From a virus, in IMG/VR virus record IMGVR_UViG_3300033145_001156, positions 32,001 through 96,000 of that record: a stretch of DNA of 64,000 nucleotides; one strand, given 5' to 3'. A program made the position numbers and the translations under genes. The notes beneath the pieces were generated by a model. The model ran no database searches. It was not told the origin of the DNA and saw only the letters and a program-made list of their open reading frames with translations. This document shows positions 51,201-59,767 of the stretch, piece by piece (position 1 is the stretch's first letter; every line of letters begins with the position of its first letter).

Positions 51201-52056
51201 GCTGCTTTATCAAGAGGAGAGCTGGTTAAGAAAACAATATTGGGATAATGAGTTAGGATTCCGCAAACTAGCAGACTTGGCTGGATGTGGGACTTCTACC
51301 ATTCGCTACTGGTTTCGCAAGTTCGGCATTCCAAGTCGAGATATGTCAGAAGCGATAAGGCTAAGCAAATCAAAAGGCGATGAACTCTATCGTAACGTTG
51401 AATGGCTGCGAACCCAATATATTGATAATGGGTTTAGCATGCAAATGATAGCTGACATATCTGGATGCACAGCAGCTACTATTCTGCACTGGCTGAGGAA
51501 ATTTGACATCCCCCGCCGGGGCGGATCAGAAGCAATTAAATTGTCTCATGACAAGGGGCGGCATAACCGTGTAGTAGATGACGAATTGAAGCACAAGTTG
51601 TCAGAGGGTGTAAAGGCAGCTTACGCAAGAGGTGACTATGATAAAGAGGAATATCGTCAACGTCGTTCTGAAACCATGAAGCGGCTTTGGGCAGAGGGGG
51701 TATTTGACCATGTTGGGCCAATGCGATCCGAGTGGATAAAATCGGCATGGGCTTCTGGGAAATTGAATGGGAACATGGAAAATAATTCAAATTGGCGTGG
51801 TGGATTGTCTTTTGAACCCTATACGCCAAAGTTCAATGAGGAATTTAAGCAATCAATTCGTGAGCGCGACAACTATACATGTGGCATTTGTTGGCTTCCG
51901 GGAAAGAGTGTTCACCATATAAATTATGTGAAGAAAGACACAAATCTAGAAAACTGTATCATCTTATGCAAATCCTGTCATGGTGTCACAAATCATAATC
52001 GTGACTACTGGCAACCCAGACTATCAGCACTGATGGAAGCCAGGGCGAACCGATAA
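51187..52056 (+). mobile_element. HNH homing endonuclease with tandem HTH repeats
   Basis: Two LY..WLR.QY.DN...GC...TI..W.RKF.IP repeats, NWRGG, and RDNYTC...VHHINY...LCKSCH; AT-rich. Confidence 0.85.
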
Positions 52057-52493
52057 TGGCTAGGAGCGGACTTCTAAAGGGCGTTCGCCCAACCACATTA
52101 TTGAAGAATCAGCTCTATGAGCTGGAATTGCTGCATTTTTGCACGATCCAGGTCGCAACGGAAGGTGCAGACGACGGGTTCGGGCAACCGATGCTGGCCT
52201 GGGAGGACGAGACCACCGACGTTCACTGCCGGCTGAACTGGCGGTCGGTGAACGAGCAGTTGTGGCAGTTCGAGGGAGTCGTCGCCGACTACAAGCTATT
52301 CGTGGACATTGACGTGATAGTTCCCGAGACTAGGCAGATAGTTGACGTTACTGATAAGGATGGGAACTTGATAGACGCTGGGCCATTCGATATCATAAGC
52401 ACCCAGAGATTCGATATGGGCCCAGACACGGGACAGCACCATAAAGAGTTGCTGCTGAAGAGGGCTGCGAGGTCGGGAAGGGGCAAGGGATGA
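52056..52493 (+). CDS. Head closure/stopper protein
   Basis: DGFGQP...W...VHCRL...HHKELLL; synteny. Confidence 0.7.
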   Translation: MARSGLLKGVRPTTLLKNQLYELELLHFCTIQVATEGADDGFGQPMLAWEDETTDVHCRLNWRSVNEQLWQFEGVVADYKLFVDIDVIVPETRQIVDVTDKDGNLIDAGPFDIISTQRFDMGPDTGQHHKELLLKRAARSGRGKG

Positions 52494-53320
52494 GGATCCT
52501 GGTGACGGGTGACGCCGGTTGGCTCGGCGGGCACATCTCCAACCATCTGGAGGGCGAGGGGCACGTGGTCGTCGGTTTCGACCTCCTGCCGGGCGACAGG
52601 ATGGTCGGCGACCTCGTTGACTTGAAGCCCGAGCACCTAGAGGGGATCGAGGCGGTCGTCCACTGCGCGGCCATCGGTGACGTGTACGTGGCGAACAGGA
52701 ACCCCGCACTGGCGTTCAAGGCGTCGGCTGAGGGCACGGCGGCCCTGGTGGCGGCCTGCCCAGAGGACCTGAGGGTGTTCGTCCACATCAGCACGTGGGA
52801 GGTCTACGGGCCTCATTCTCCTCACATCGAGGTCTTGGAGACGTCCCAGTGCAGGCCGGAGCACCCCTATGCCGCCGCGAAGCGCGCTGGGGAACTGGCG
52901 CTGGTGAGCACGATCAGGACGCCGTGGCGCATCCTGAGGCTGGGGAGCGCGTACGGGCACGGGATGAGGGAGAGCTCGCTAATCTCCAGGTTCATCGAGA
53001 AGATGAGGAGCGGGGAGCCGCTGACCATTCACGACGACGGGAAGCAGTTCAGGCAGTGGGTGTGGACGGGGGACATGTGCAGAGCAGTCAGTTCAGCACT
53101 GGGGGATGTCCCGAACGGGGTGTACAACGTCGTCGGGAGCGAGGCTGTCACCGTGCTGGGGCTAGCGGAGATGCTGGGCGGAGAGATCGTCCACCAGGAG
53201 CGGAGGAAGTCAGAAACGCCGTGCTACCTGGTGTCGGGGGCCAAGGCGAAGTTCTGGCTCAGGTGGGAGCCGGAGAAGGGATTCAAGGAAGGGGTGGCAG
53301 AGATTGTACGGAGCACGTGA
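52490..53320 (+). CDS. NAD-dependent sugar-nucleotide epimerase/dehydratase
   Basis: ILVTGDAGWLG, VHCAA, ST.EVYG, YAAAK and DGKQFRQWV motifs. Confidence 0.9.
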   Translation: MRILVTGDAGWLGGHISNHLEGEGHVVVGFDLLPGDRMVGDLVDLKPEHLEGIEAVVHCAAIGDVYVANRNPALAFKASAEGTAALVAACPEDLRVFVHISTWEVYGPHSPHIEVLETSQCRPEHPYAAAKRAGELALVSTIRTPWRILRLGSAYGHGMRESSLISRFIEKMRSGEPLTIHDDGKQFRQWVWTGDMCRAVSSALGDVPNGVYNVVGSEAVTVLGLAEMLGGEIVHQERRKSETPCYLVSGAKAKFWLRWEPEKGFKEGVAEIVRST

Positions 53321-53840
53321 CCCGGGGAAGCACAGGGAGTCCCTCGTGAGGCTGGTGAGGGAGTCCGGCGCAAGGAACATCGCGGAGGTGGGCGTCTACA
53401 AGTGCGCGACCTCGCTGGCGGTCCTGATGAACTGCGACGTGGACAGGTACTACATGGTCGACCCCTGGAGGGACTACTGGGACTCCGGGGACGGGGAGGC
53501 GGACCGGGGCTCCCCGAAGGACGTGGACTGGGAGGCCCTGTTCAAGGGTGCACTGGAAGTGGAGCAGCGGTTCACCGTGGCGGAAGTCTTGAGGCTCCCG
53601 TCGGTCAGCGCGGCGAAGATGTTCTACCCCGGGGAGCTGGACCTGGTGTTCATAGACGGCGACCACTCCTACGAGGGTGCGAGGGCGGACATAGAAGCGT
53701 GGACACCGGCGGTGAAGGAGGGCGGGATCCTGTCGGGGCACGACTACTACACGAGGTGGCCGGGAGTCGTCAGGGCGGTCGACGAGGCGTTCGGAGACTT
53801 GCACTTCATGAAAGACACGGTGTGGTGGACTCAATTATAG
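53304..53840 (+). CDS. Class I SAM methyltransferase (Methyltransf_24-like)
   Basis: AEVGV, VDPW, VFIDGDHSYE and GGILSGHDY motifs. Confidence 0.85.
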   Translation: MYGARDPGKHRESLVRLVRESGARNIAEVGVYKCATSLAVLMNCDVDRYYMVDPWRDYWDSGDGEADRGSPKDVDWEALFKGALEVEQRFTVAEVLRLPSVSAAKMFYPGELDLVFIDGDHSYEGARADIEAWTPAVKEGGILSGHDYYTRWPGVVRAVDEAFGDLHFMKDTVWWTQL

Positions 53841-54463
53841 TCTACACGGCGATAATAGGCGACATAGACGACCTGTTGCCAACGAGGACAGGAGGGGTAG
53901 CATGGGTTGATGTCCGAAAAAGAAGAAGCCCAGGGTGGGCGATAAGGCAAGCAAGAAGGCAGTTGACAGACCCGAGAAGGGAGTCTCGGCTGTACAAGAT
54001 ACTGAGCCACCAGTGGATACCGGGGACGAGCATCTGGATAGACGGGACGATCCAGTTGAAGGTGAGTCCAAGGGAGTTGGCGCAGTACCTTGGGGAGAAT
54101 GACATGGCGGCGTTCCGGCACCCGTCGAACGACTGCGCCCTGAGGGAGGCCGAGATAGTCGCCAGGGTGGGGAAGGCGACCGAAGAAGCGTTGAGGCAGG
54201 CCGAGAGGTACAGGGAGGCCGGATTCCCGGAGCACCACGGGATGATGGCTTGCGGGGTTCTGATCCGCAGGCACACCGAGGCAGTAGAACGATTCAACGA
54301 CATGTGGTGGAGCGAGTATTGTCGAGGATGCGTCAGGGACCAAGTGAGCTTCAACTATGTGTTGTGGAAGTTGGACATGAAGTGCAGCGTGATTCCGGGT
54401 GACTCGTACAACAACAGGTTCATACGAAAGGTGTCACATGTCAAACCGACGGGTTACGGCTAG
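53822..54463 (+). CDS. DUF616 (TOD1/MUCI70-like) putative glycosyltransferase
   Basis: VYTAIIG..DDL, KILSH, SIWIDG, FRHP..DC...EA and RDQVSFNY motifs. Confidence 0.75.
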   Translation: MVDSIIVYTAIIGDIDDLLPTRTGGVAWVDVRKRRSPGWAIRQARRQLTDPRRESRLYKILSHQWIPGTSIWIDGTIQLKVSPRELAQYLGENDMAAFRHPSNDCALREAEIVARVGKATEEALRQAERYREAGFPEHHGMMACGVLIRRHTEAVERFNDMWWSEYCRGCVRDQVSFNYVLWKLDMKCSVIPGDSYNNRFIRKVSHVKPTGYG

Positions 54464-55199
54464 GGAAGTATTTTGCCAGGTTCAGGGGCACATGACGACC
54501 GGAGAGGGATACTCGGTCATCCGGCTGGGCGACGGGGAGTGCCGGTTGATGGGCTGGCCCGACAGGACCCCGAGGAGGGAACTCCAGCAATCATTGAGGT
54601 ACTGGTTCGGGCATACGGACTTCAGCCGGGAAGACGTGGACGCGATGGCGAACCTCCTGAGGCAGGCGATAGCGGTTGCCGACGTGGTGGGGGTCCCGGG
54701 CAAGGAGCAGCTGGCTGACGGGCGCAAGGGCTGGGCGAACGTGGAGAGGTACCTGGACGAATATCATCTGCTGGACGAGGACGCGTGGCTGTGCGACAAC
54801 GAGCTGCACATCCGGATGGCCGAGCAGGGGCTGTACGAGGAGCTGCTGCTGGGACTCCCTGACATTAGCATCATCACTTGCAGGGACGTCGGGTTCCTGA
54901 TGGAGTCGTTCTTCAGGATCGGGGCGGTCACAGTCTACGAGGTTCCTGCCGAGGCGCAGACAGCCGGGTGGAAGCCGACGAGCCACTGGCCGGACAGGTT
55001 CGACGAGTTGTACAAGGAGGTCGAGGTCACGTATCCTGGCCAACTGTTCCTGGTAGCCGCCGGGCCGCTGGGCAAGGTGTACTGCCAGTGGGTGAAGGAG
55101 CGGGGCGGGGTGGCCCTGGATGCAGGCTCGATCTTAGATGGCTGGGTCGGGATACGGAGCAGGACGTACCTCAAGGAGAGGGACTACTCGCTATGCTGA
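54438..55199 (+). CDS. GT-D fold (DUF1792-like) glycosyltransferase
   Basis: SVIRLGDGE, ADVVG and LVAAGPLGKVYC...ALDAGS.LDGW motifs. Confidence 0.75.
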   Translation: MSNRRVTAREVFCQVQGHMTTGEGYSVIRLGDGECRLMGWPDRTPRRELQQSLRYWFGHTDFSREDVDAMANLLRQAIAVADVVGVPGKEQLADGRKGWANVERYLDEYHLLDEDAWLCDNELHIRMAEQGLYEELLLGLPDISIITCRDVGFLMESFFRIGAVTVYEVPAEAQTAGWKPTSHWPDRFDELYKEVEVTYPGQLFLVAAGPLGKVYCQWVKERGGVALDAGSILDGWVGIRSRTYLKERDYSLC

Positions 55200-55831
55200 A
55201 GGTGTCGGTGGACCTGGACAAGTGGTTGGATGAGTACCCGTGGTACCGGGACGTGCTGGACGTCCTCGACGACTACCAGGAGGGGCCTGAGACGGCTGCC
55301 CTCTGGACGCCGTGGAAGGGCGGGCTGTGGATGAAGGAGCGGGTCTGCGAGATCGCGGAAGTGTGCGCGGAGAGGTTCCCTGGGGACTTCATCGAGATCG
55401 GGGCCTACCTGGGGCAGACCACGAGGGGGCTGGCGGAGGTGGCCAGGGAGCACGACCGGCGGGTGGTGGTGATAGACCCGTGGGACCCGGACTCGCTGTG
55501 TTGCCAGGGCTGGGAGTACAACGTGTTCCTGCGCAGCATCAGGGGGTACTCGGACATCATAGACGTCTACCGGCTGTCTTCGTTCGAGGACGAAGCCATC
55601 GAGATCATCGAGGGCAGGGAGCTCGCGTTCGCGTTCGTGGACGGGCTGCACATCTACGAGGCGGCGCTGTCGGACATCAAGGCATGCGCGCACTGCCATG
55701 GGGTCATAGCCGTGGACGACCTGCCGAACTGCATTGACGTGTGGGACGCGTTCATGGAGGGCGTCGAGGTGACTAGGAGGGTTCCGTTGTGGAGGAAGTA
55801 TCATCGTGAAGGCTATCTATTGCCACGTTGA
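55193..55831 (+). CDS. Class I SAM methyltransferase (Methyltransf_24-like)
   Basis: IEIGAYLG, IDPW, FVDGLH.YE and GVIAVDD motifs. Confidence 0.8.
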   Translation: MLKVSVDLDKWLDEYPWYRDVLDVLDDYQEGPETAALWTPWKGGLWMKERVCEIAEVCAERFPGDFIEIGAYLGQTTRGLAEVAREHDRRVVVIDPWDPDSLCCQGWEYNVFLRSIRGYSDIIDVYRLSSFEDEAIEIIEGRELAFAFVDGLHIYEAALSDIKACAHCHGVIAVDDLPNCIDVWDAFMEGVEVTRRVPLWRKYHREGYLLPR

Positions 55832-56408
55832 ACCGCCGGAAGTTGACATCATAATACCAACGCTGAATTTCAGGGCAGCATTAGACAACTATCACGGTTG
55901 GCCCGATCCTGGCGTGGAAACTTGGTGGTTGACAGTCATGGTAGATGAAAAACAAGAAGGGTTCACTCGGACAGTCAACCGTGGACTTGCCGAGACGAAG
56001 TCTCCGTACATCTGTATTATAGGGGACGACGCGGTCCCAGAGACCGAGGGTTGGCTGTTAGAACTGAGGAAGGCGCTGGAGGAGGGGTACGGGTTCGCGT
56101 TCCCGACCATGCCTTGCAGGACGGCTCCCATATCGAAGGCGAGGAGGGCGTCCCCGACAGGGCAGTTGGTGGAGATACCCCACGGGCCTTACGGGTGCGT
56201 CCTGATGAAGAGAGAAGTCTTGGGGGAGGTCGGGCTGCTGGACGAGGCGTTCGCGCACTACGGGTCGGATGTTGACCACCAGAGGCGATCTAGTTTCAAG
56301 TCGGTGTGGGTTGCGCACGTGTACGTCCGCAGGGAGCTGCACGAGCCGAGGGAACCCTGGTGGACGGAGGACGGGATAAAATTCCGTGAAAGGTGGGGAG
56401 ATCGATGA
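55806..56408 (+). CDS. GT2-like glycosyltransferase
   Basis: DIIIPTL, GFTRTVNRGL, IGDDA and VGLLDEAF.HYGSDVD motifs. Confidence 0.82.
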   Translation: MKAIYCHVEPPEVDIIIPTLNFRAALDNYHGWPDPGVETWWLTVMVDEKQEGFTRTVNRGLAETKSPYICIIGDDAVPETEGWLLELRKALEEGYGFAFPTMPCRTAPISKARRASPTGQLVEIPHGPYGCVLMKREVLGEVGLLDEAFAHYGSDVDHQRRSSFKSVWVAHVYVRRELHEPREPWWTEDGIKFRERWGDR

Positions 56409-56559
56409 GATGTTATCTGAGAGGCACGTCATAGTTGGGGTTGCTGAACACGGTACTAGGATGTCTTGTCAATCGTGTGCTCATCAAGGTATGTGACAGC
56501 AACACCAAGAAAATCGTAGGTTGGCGGTGGGGCAAGGCAACAGATTTTCCTAGGAAAGC

Positions 56560-57396
56560 ATGATGAGGATTGGGTGGATTTTTGATCAGGCGCTATCGCT
56601 CCACACGGGCGGGCAGATGCTTTCCAGCAGGCTGCTGCTGAGGAGGTCACCAGGCTGGGCCGACGTGAAGGTCATATCGCCGTACCACGACAGTTGGCTG
56701 GGCGAGTGCGACGCATACATCGTGAACCAGTGCCGGTACTTCAGGCCCGACCAGTTGGCGAGGATCATGGAGAAGCCGTACATCTGGCTGTTCCACGACG
56801 CGCTGCACAACTGTATGCACCAGGGGTTCATCCTGAAGGCGCTGCTGAGGAAGGCGACGGGCTGCATGTTCAAGTCGCCTTCCCACCAGGAGAACGTGTG
56901 CGGCAAGTGGCCGGAAGCGAAGGAAGTCCCCGGGAAAGCGGTCTACGCGACGCCGATAGACCTGGACATGTTCTACCCGGGGGAGAAGACGAGAGGCACG
57001 ATCTGGCTGGGGAACTACGTGCCGGAGAAAGGCGTGAGAGAGGCCGTCGCGTGGGCCGAGGAGAACGAGGAGGTCGTGGACTTCTTCGGGTTCGGGGACG
57101 CGTTCATGTTCAGGATAGCCAGCCCCTGGGCCAGGTTCTATCCGGTGCTGCCCTACAGGGAGGTGCCGCAGATCCTCAGGCGGTACGAGAGGCTGGTGTT
57201 CCTGCCCAAGTGCCCAGAGGCCGCCGGTCGGGTGGTGGTGGAGGCGCTGCTGTCGGGCTGCGAGGTGGTCACCAACGACATGATCGGGTTCAAGTCGTTC
57301 GACTGGTGGTCGGACGAGCCAGGGACTTTGCGCAAAGCGCTGAGGGAGCGAGAGGGGGAATTCTGGGAGACGGTCAAGGAGATGTTAGATGGATAA
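56560..57396 (+). CDS. GT4-like glycosyltransferase
   Basis: GGQ N-terminal motif, PEKGV and PEAAGRVVVEALLSGC. Confidence 0.82.
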   Translation: MMRIGWIFDQALSLHTGGQMLSSRLLLRRSPGWADVKVISPYHDSWLGECDAYIVNQCRYFRPDQLARIMEKPYIWLFHDALHNCMHQGFILKALLRKATGCMFKSPSHQENVCGKWPEAKEVPGKAVYATPIDLDMFYPGEKTRGTIWLGNYVPEKGVREAVAWAEENEEVVDFFGFGDAFMFRIASPWARFYPVLPYREVPQILRRYERLVFLPKCPEAAGRVVVEALLSGCEVVTNDMIGFKSFDWWSDEPGTLRKALREREGEFWETVKEMLDG

Positions 57397-57967
57397 AGAA
57401 TATCCGGTAGGGGTTGCCTACCAAGAAGGCCCAGGTCACACGGGGCTTGCTGGTATGCATGGGGGGAGTGATCCTGGGTTAGGTTCTATAGGTGGACCAA
57501 GCGGCGGTCCACCAGCTACGGAAGAACAAACCAATTATGTTAAGAGACTACTTTTCAAACAATCAGATACGGAAATGATGCAATCTCTAGGTTCTGGCCA
57601 ACGTTTGGAGAATGGTTTTCTCTACTACAAGACTATGGATAAGCGTCCTGAGGGGTTTTGGGATTTGTCGCGTAGGGAAGCGGGAAAAGCAGGGGTTGTA
57701 CTTGGTGCACGTTATATAAAATGGCGGAATTCGATAGATGTTTCAAAAATGAGCAAAGCACAAGCATCCACTTTTTTGGATTCAGCAACTAACCGTTTAG
57801 GTGGTTCGCTACAGGGATTTGTCAGATTGCAAACAGGAGGAAGTCGACAAAGTACCGATAGGTATTTTCAAGGGTTAGTGAATGAAACGCGAACTTATAT
57901 AAAGAAGTATCCTGATGGTGAGGAAATGAGAAAGGCTCTTGGAAAAAGTTATGGGTTCGGTAGATGA
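57389..57967 (+). CDS. AT-rich hypothetical protein with N-terminal YPVGVAYQE motif
   Basis: 192-aa ORF; N-terminal motif shared with 58597. Confidence 0.6.
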   Translation: MDKEYPVGVAYQEGPGHTGLAGMHGGSDPGLGSIGGPSGGPPATEEQTNYVKRLLFKQSDTEMMQSLGSGQRLENGFLYYKTMDKRPEGFWDLSRREAGKAGVVLGARYIKWRNSIDVSKMSKAQASTFLDSATNRLGGSLQGFVRLQTGGSRQSTDRYFQGLVNETRTYIKKYPDGEEMRKALGKSYGFGR

Positions 57968-58114
57968 GTCAAGTCACCGCAGTTCACAGGGCATACTACA
58001 CGAAGGTGAAGGGTTGGGCGAAAAACACGTACTGCGGATGTTATAATTGTCTGCTGACTTGTGGGAGCGCAACTTGTTCAGCTTTCACGAGGGCGGCTGG
58101 CTGAGGAGGGCGAG

Positions 58115-58588
58115 GTGAGCTTCAAGGTCGACGTAGAGACGAAGTTCACTCCTGAGCGCCAGATACACGCGGCCTGCGACGTCGTGATGACCGACTGGTG
58201 CGAGTACTCGGGGGAGATAGTCCAGCAGATGGCGCGGGCGAACGTCACGGAGGGGATCGGGCCGGGGCCGCACCCCCATCCCGGGAGGGAGGACACCGGG
58301 GCGCTGAGGGAGTCCGTCCAGTTCGTGGTGGACGAGCCGGAGAGGTACGTCTGGAGGGCGCAGGTCGGGCCGGACAAGAACGCACCTGCGCTGGAGGGCG
58401 GGACTCCCCCGTGGTTGTACGGATGGTTCCTGGAGGTGGGCTGGCACTCCCCGGTGGGCAGGTTCTGGCGGTACCCGTGGCTGAGACCAGCGCTGCTGAA
58501 CAGCATCACGTGGGTGAGGAGGGACCTAGACAGAGCGGCAGATACACTGGCCCGGATGTTGAACAGGTTGAGCAGAGGATGGAAATAG
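58115..58588 (+). CDS. HK97 gp10-like tail completion protein
   Basis: DTGALRES, YG.FLEVG and YPWLRPAL motifs. Confidence 0.75.
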   Translation: MSFKVDVETKFTPERQIHAACDVVMTDWCEYSGEIVQQMARANVTEGIGPGPHPHPGREDTGALRESVQFVVDEPERYVWRAQVGPDKNAPALEGGTPPWLYGWFLEVGWHSPVGRFWRYPWLRPALLNSITWVRRDLDRAADTLARMLNRLSRGWK

Positions 58589-58596
58589 GAGGGGAG

Positions 58597-58806
58597 ATGA
58601 AGTACCCTGTTGGAGTAACATACCAAGAAGCGGAGACGAAGGGTAGGATGGGCGGGGAGAAGGCGCAGGGGCCGGGAGGGTTCTGCGTGTGCCCCGAATG
58701 CGGGGAGGAGATCCCCCACGAGACGGGGAAGCCATGCTTCGGCGAGGAGTGCCCGGAGTGCGGAGCCAAGATGACGGCCAAGGGCGGAAAAGAGGAAGCT
58801 AAATAG
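58597..58806 (+). CDS. Small Zn-ribbon protein with N-terminal YPVGVTYQE motif
   Basis: GPGGFCVCPECG...H..G.PC...CPECG; AGGAGGGG RBS. Confidence 0.7.
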   Translation: MKYPVGVTYQEAETKGRMGGEKAQGPGGFCVCPECGEEIPHETGKPCFGEECPECGAKMTAKGGKEEAK

Positions 58807-59231
58807 TGATCTCCGTCGTGCAGGTCCTCCGCACTTGGCTGCTCCTACAGCCTCTCATCATACCGCAGGTCGGGATGAAGATATGGGGGATGCCGGGGAT
58901 ACCCTCTGGTGAAGTTAACAACATGCCGCAGAAGGCTATCACGATGTATCAGAACCCTGGGACGGGCAGGTGGGGGGTCCCACTCTACAACGCATCCATC
59001 CAGTTCAGATGCTACGGGGCGACGTCGTGGGAGGCAGAGGAGGTCTGGGGGGCGCTGTACGACACACTCCACAGGGTGAACTGCATCAACGTCACCATCG
59101 GGGCTGATGACTATACCATATACGTCTCGCAGTTGGGGAGCGGGCCGACTGAGCAGCAAGAGCCGCTGACTGACTGGCCGTTCCAGCTCGCATCATTTTC
59201 ATTTATAGCCTGCGAGAGCACGATGCCTTGA
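58806..59231 (+). CDS. Tail terminator (DUF3168-like)
   Basis: IQFRCYG...AEEV..ALYD.L; synteny. Confidence 0.65.
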   Translation: MISVVQVLRTWLLLQPLIIPQVGMKIWGMPGIPSGEVNNMPQKAITMYQNPGTGRWGVPLYNASIQFRCYGATSWEAEEVWGALYDTLHRVNCINVTIGADDYTIYVSQLGSGPTEQQEPLTDWPFQLASFSFIACESTMP

Positions 59232-59275
59232 TATTATCATACCTATAAGTGTAGACAATTCAAGAGGAGGGATAT

Positions 59276-59767
59276 ATGTTCGAGCAGTTAGTAATGGGAG
59301 TTAGCAAGCACCACGGGGCGTTCGTCGCGAGGATCAAAGGGCAGAAGCTACTCCAGGTCGGCACGGCGTCCAGGGGCGCGTTCGCTGAGTGGTTCCGGCG
59401 GCGAGGCAGGGAGGTCGAGGTCGATGGGGAGGGTGAGTACGACGCAGCGTACTCGCAGGGATTACTAGATGGGATGAACGAGGAGGACGTCGCGAAGCTG
59501 GTCAAGAAAGTCTTGGGACAAGCACCGGTGTTCGTGTCCTCGGTTCCTTCTCCCAAGTGGCGGCACACGAACGTGAGGCGCATGGCGGCGGACTACGAGC
59601 GAATCCTGAGCAAGTTCAAGATCGAGGCGTTCGCGTACTGGGGTGGCAGGATGCTATGCGTCGTGGCGAAGAAAAAGAAGAGGCGGGTCGCCAAGGCAGA
59701 AGTTGTCAAGACGGAACCAGTCAGGACAGAAGAGAAGCATGACTTCTCGGAATGGAGGAGTGGATGA
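59276..59767 (+). CDS. Degenerate SAM-methyltransferase-like protein
   Basis: LLQVGTASRG, YDAAYSQGLL and SVPS. Confidence 0.45.
   Translation: MFEQLVMGVSKHHGAFVARIKGQKLLQVGTASRGAFAEWFRRRGREVEVDGEGEYDAAYSQGLLDGMNEEDVAKLVKKVLGQAPVFVSSVPSPKWRHTNVRRMAADYERILSKFKIEAFAYWGGRMLCVVAKKKKRRVAKAEVVKTEPVRTEEKHDFSEWRSG

Noticed and set aside
1554-57337. Palindrome copies as CRISPR repeats or IS ends
   Set aside because: Spacing is irregular at kilobase scale, the unit is only 12-16 bp, and no cas or transposase gene is visible.
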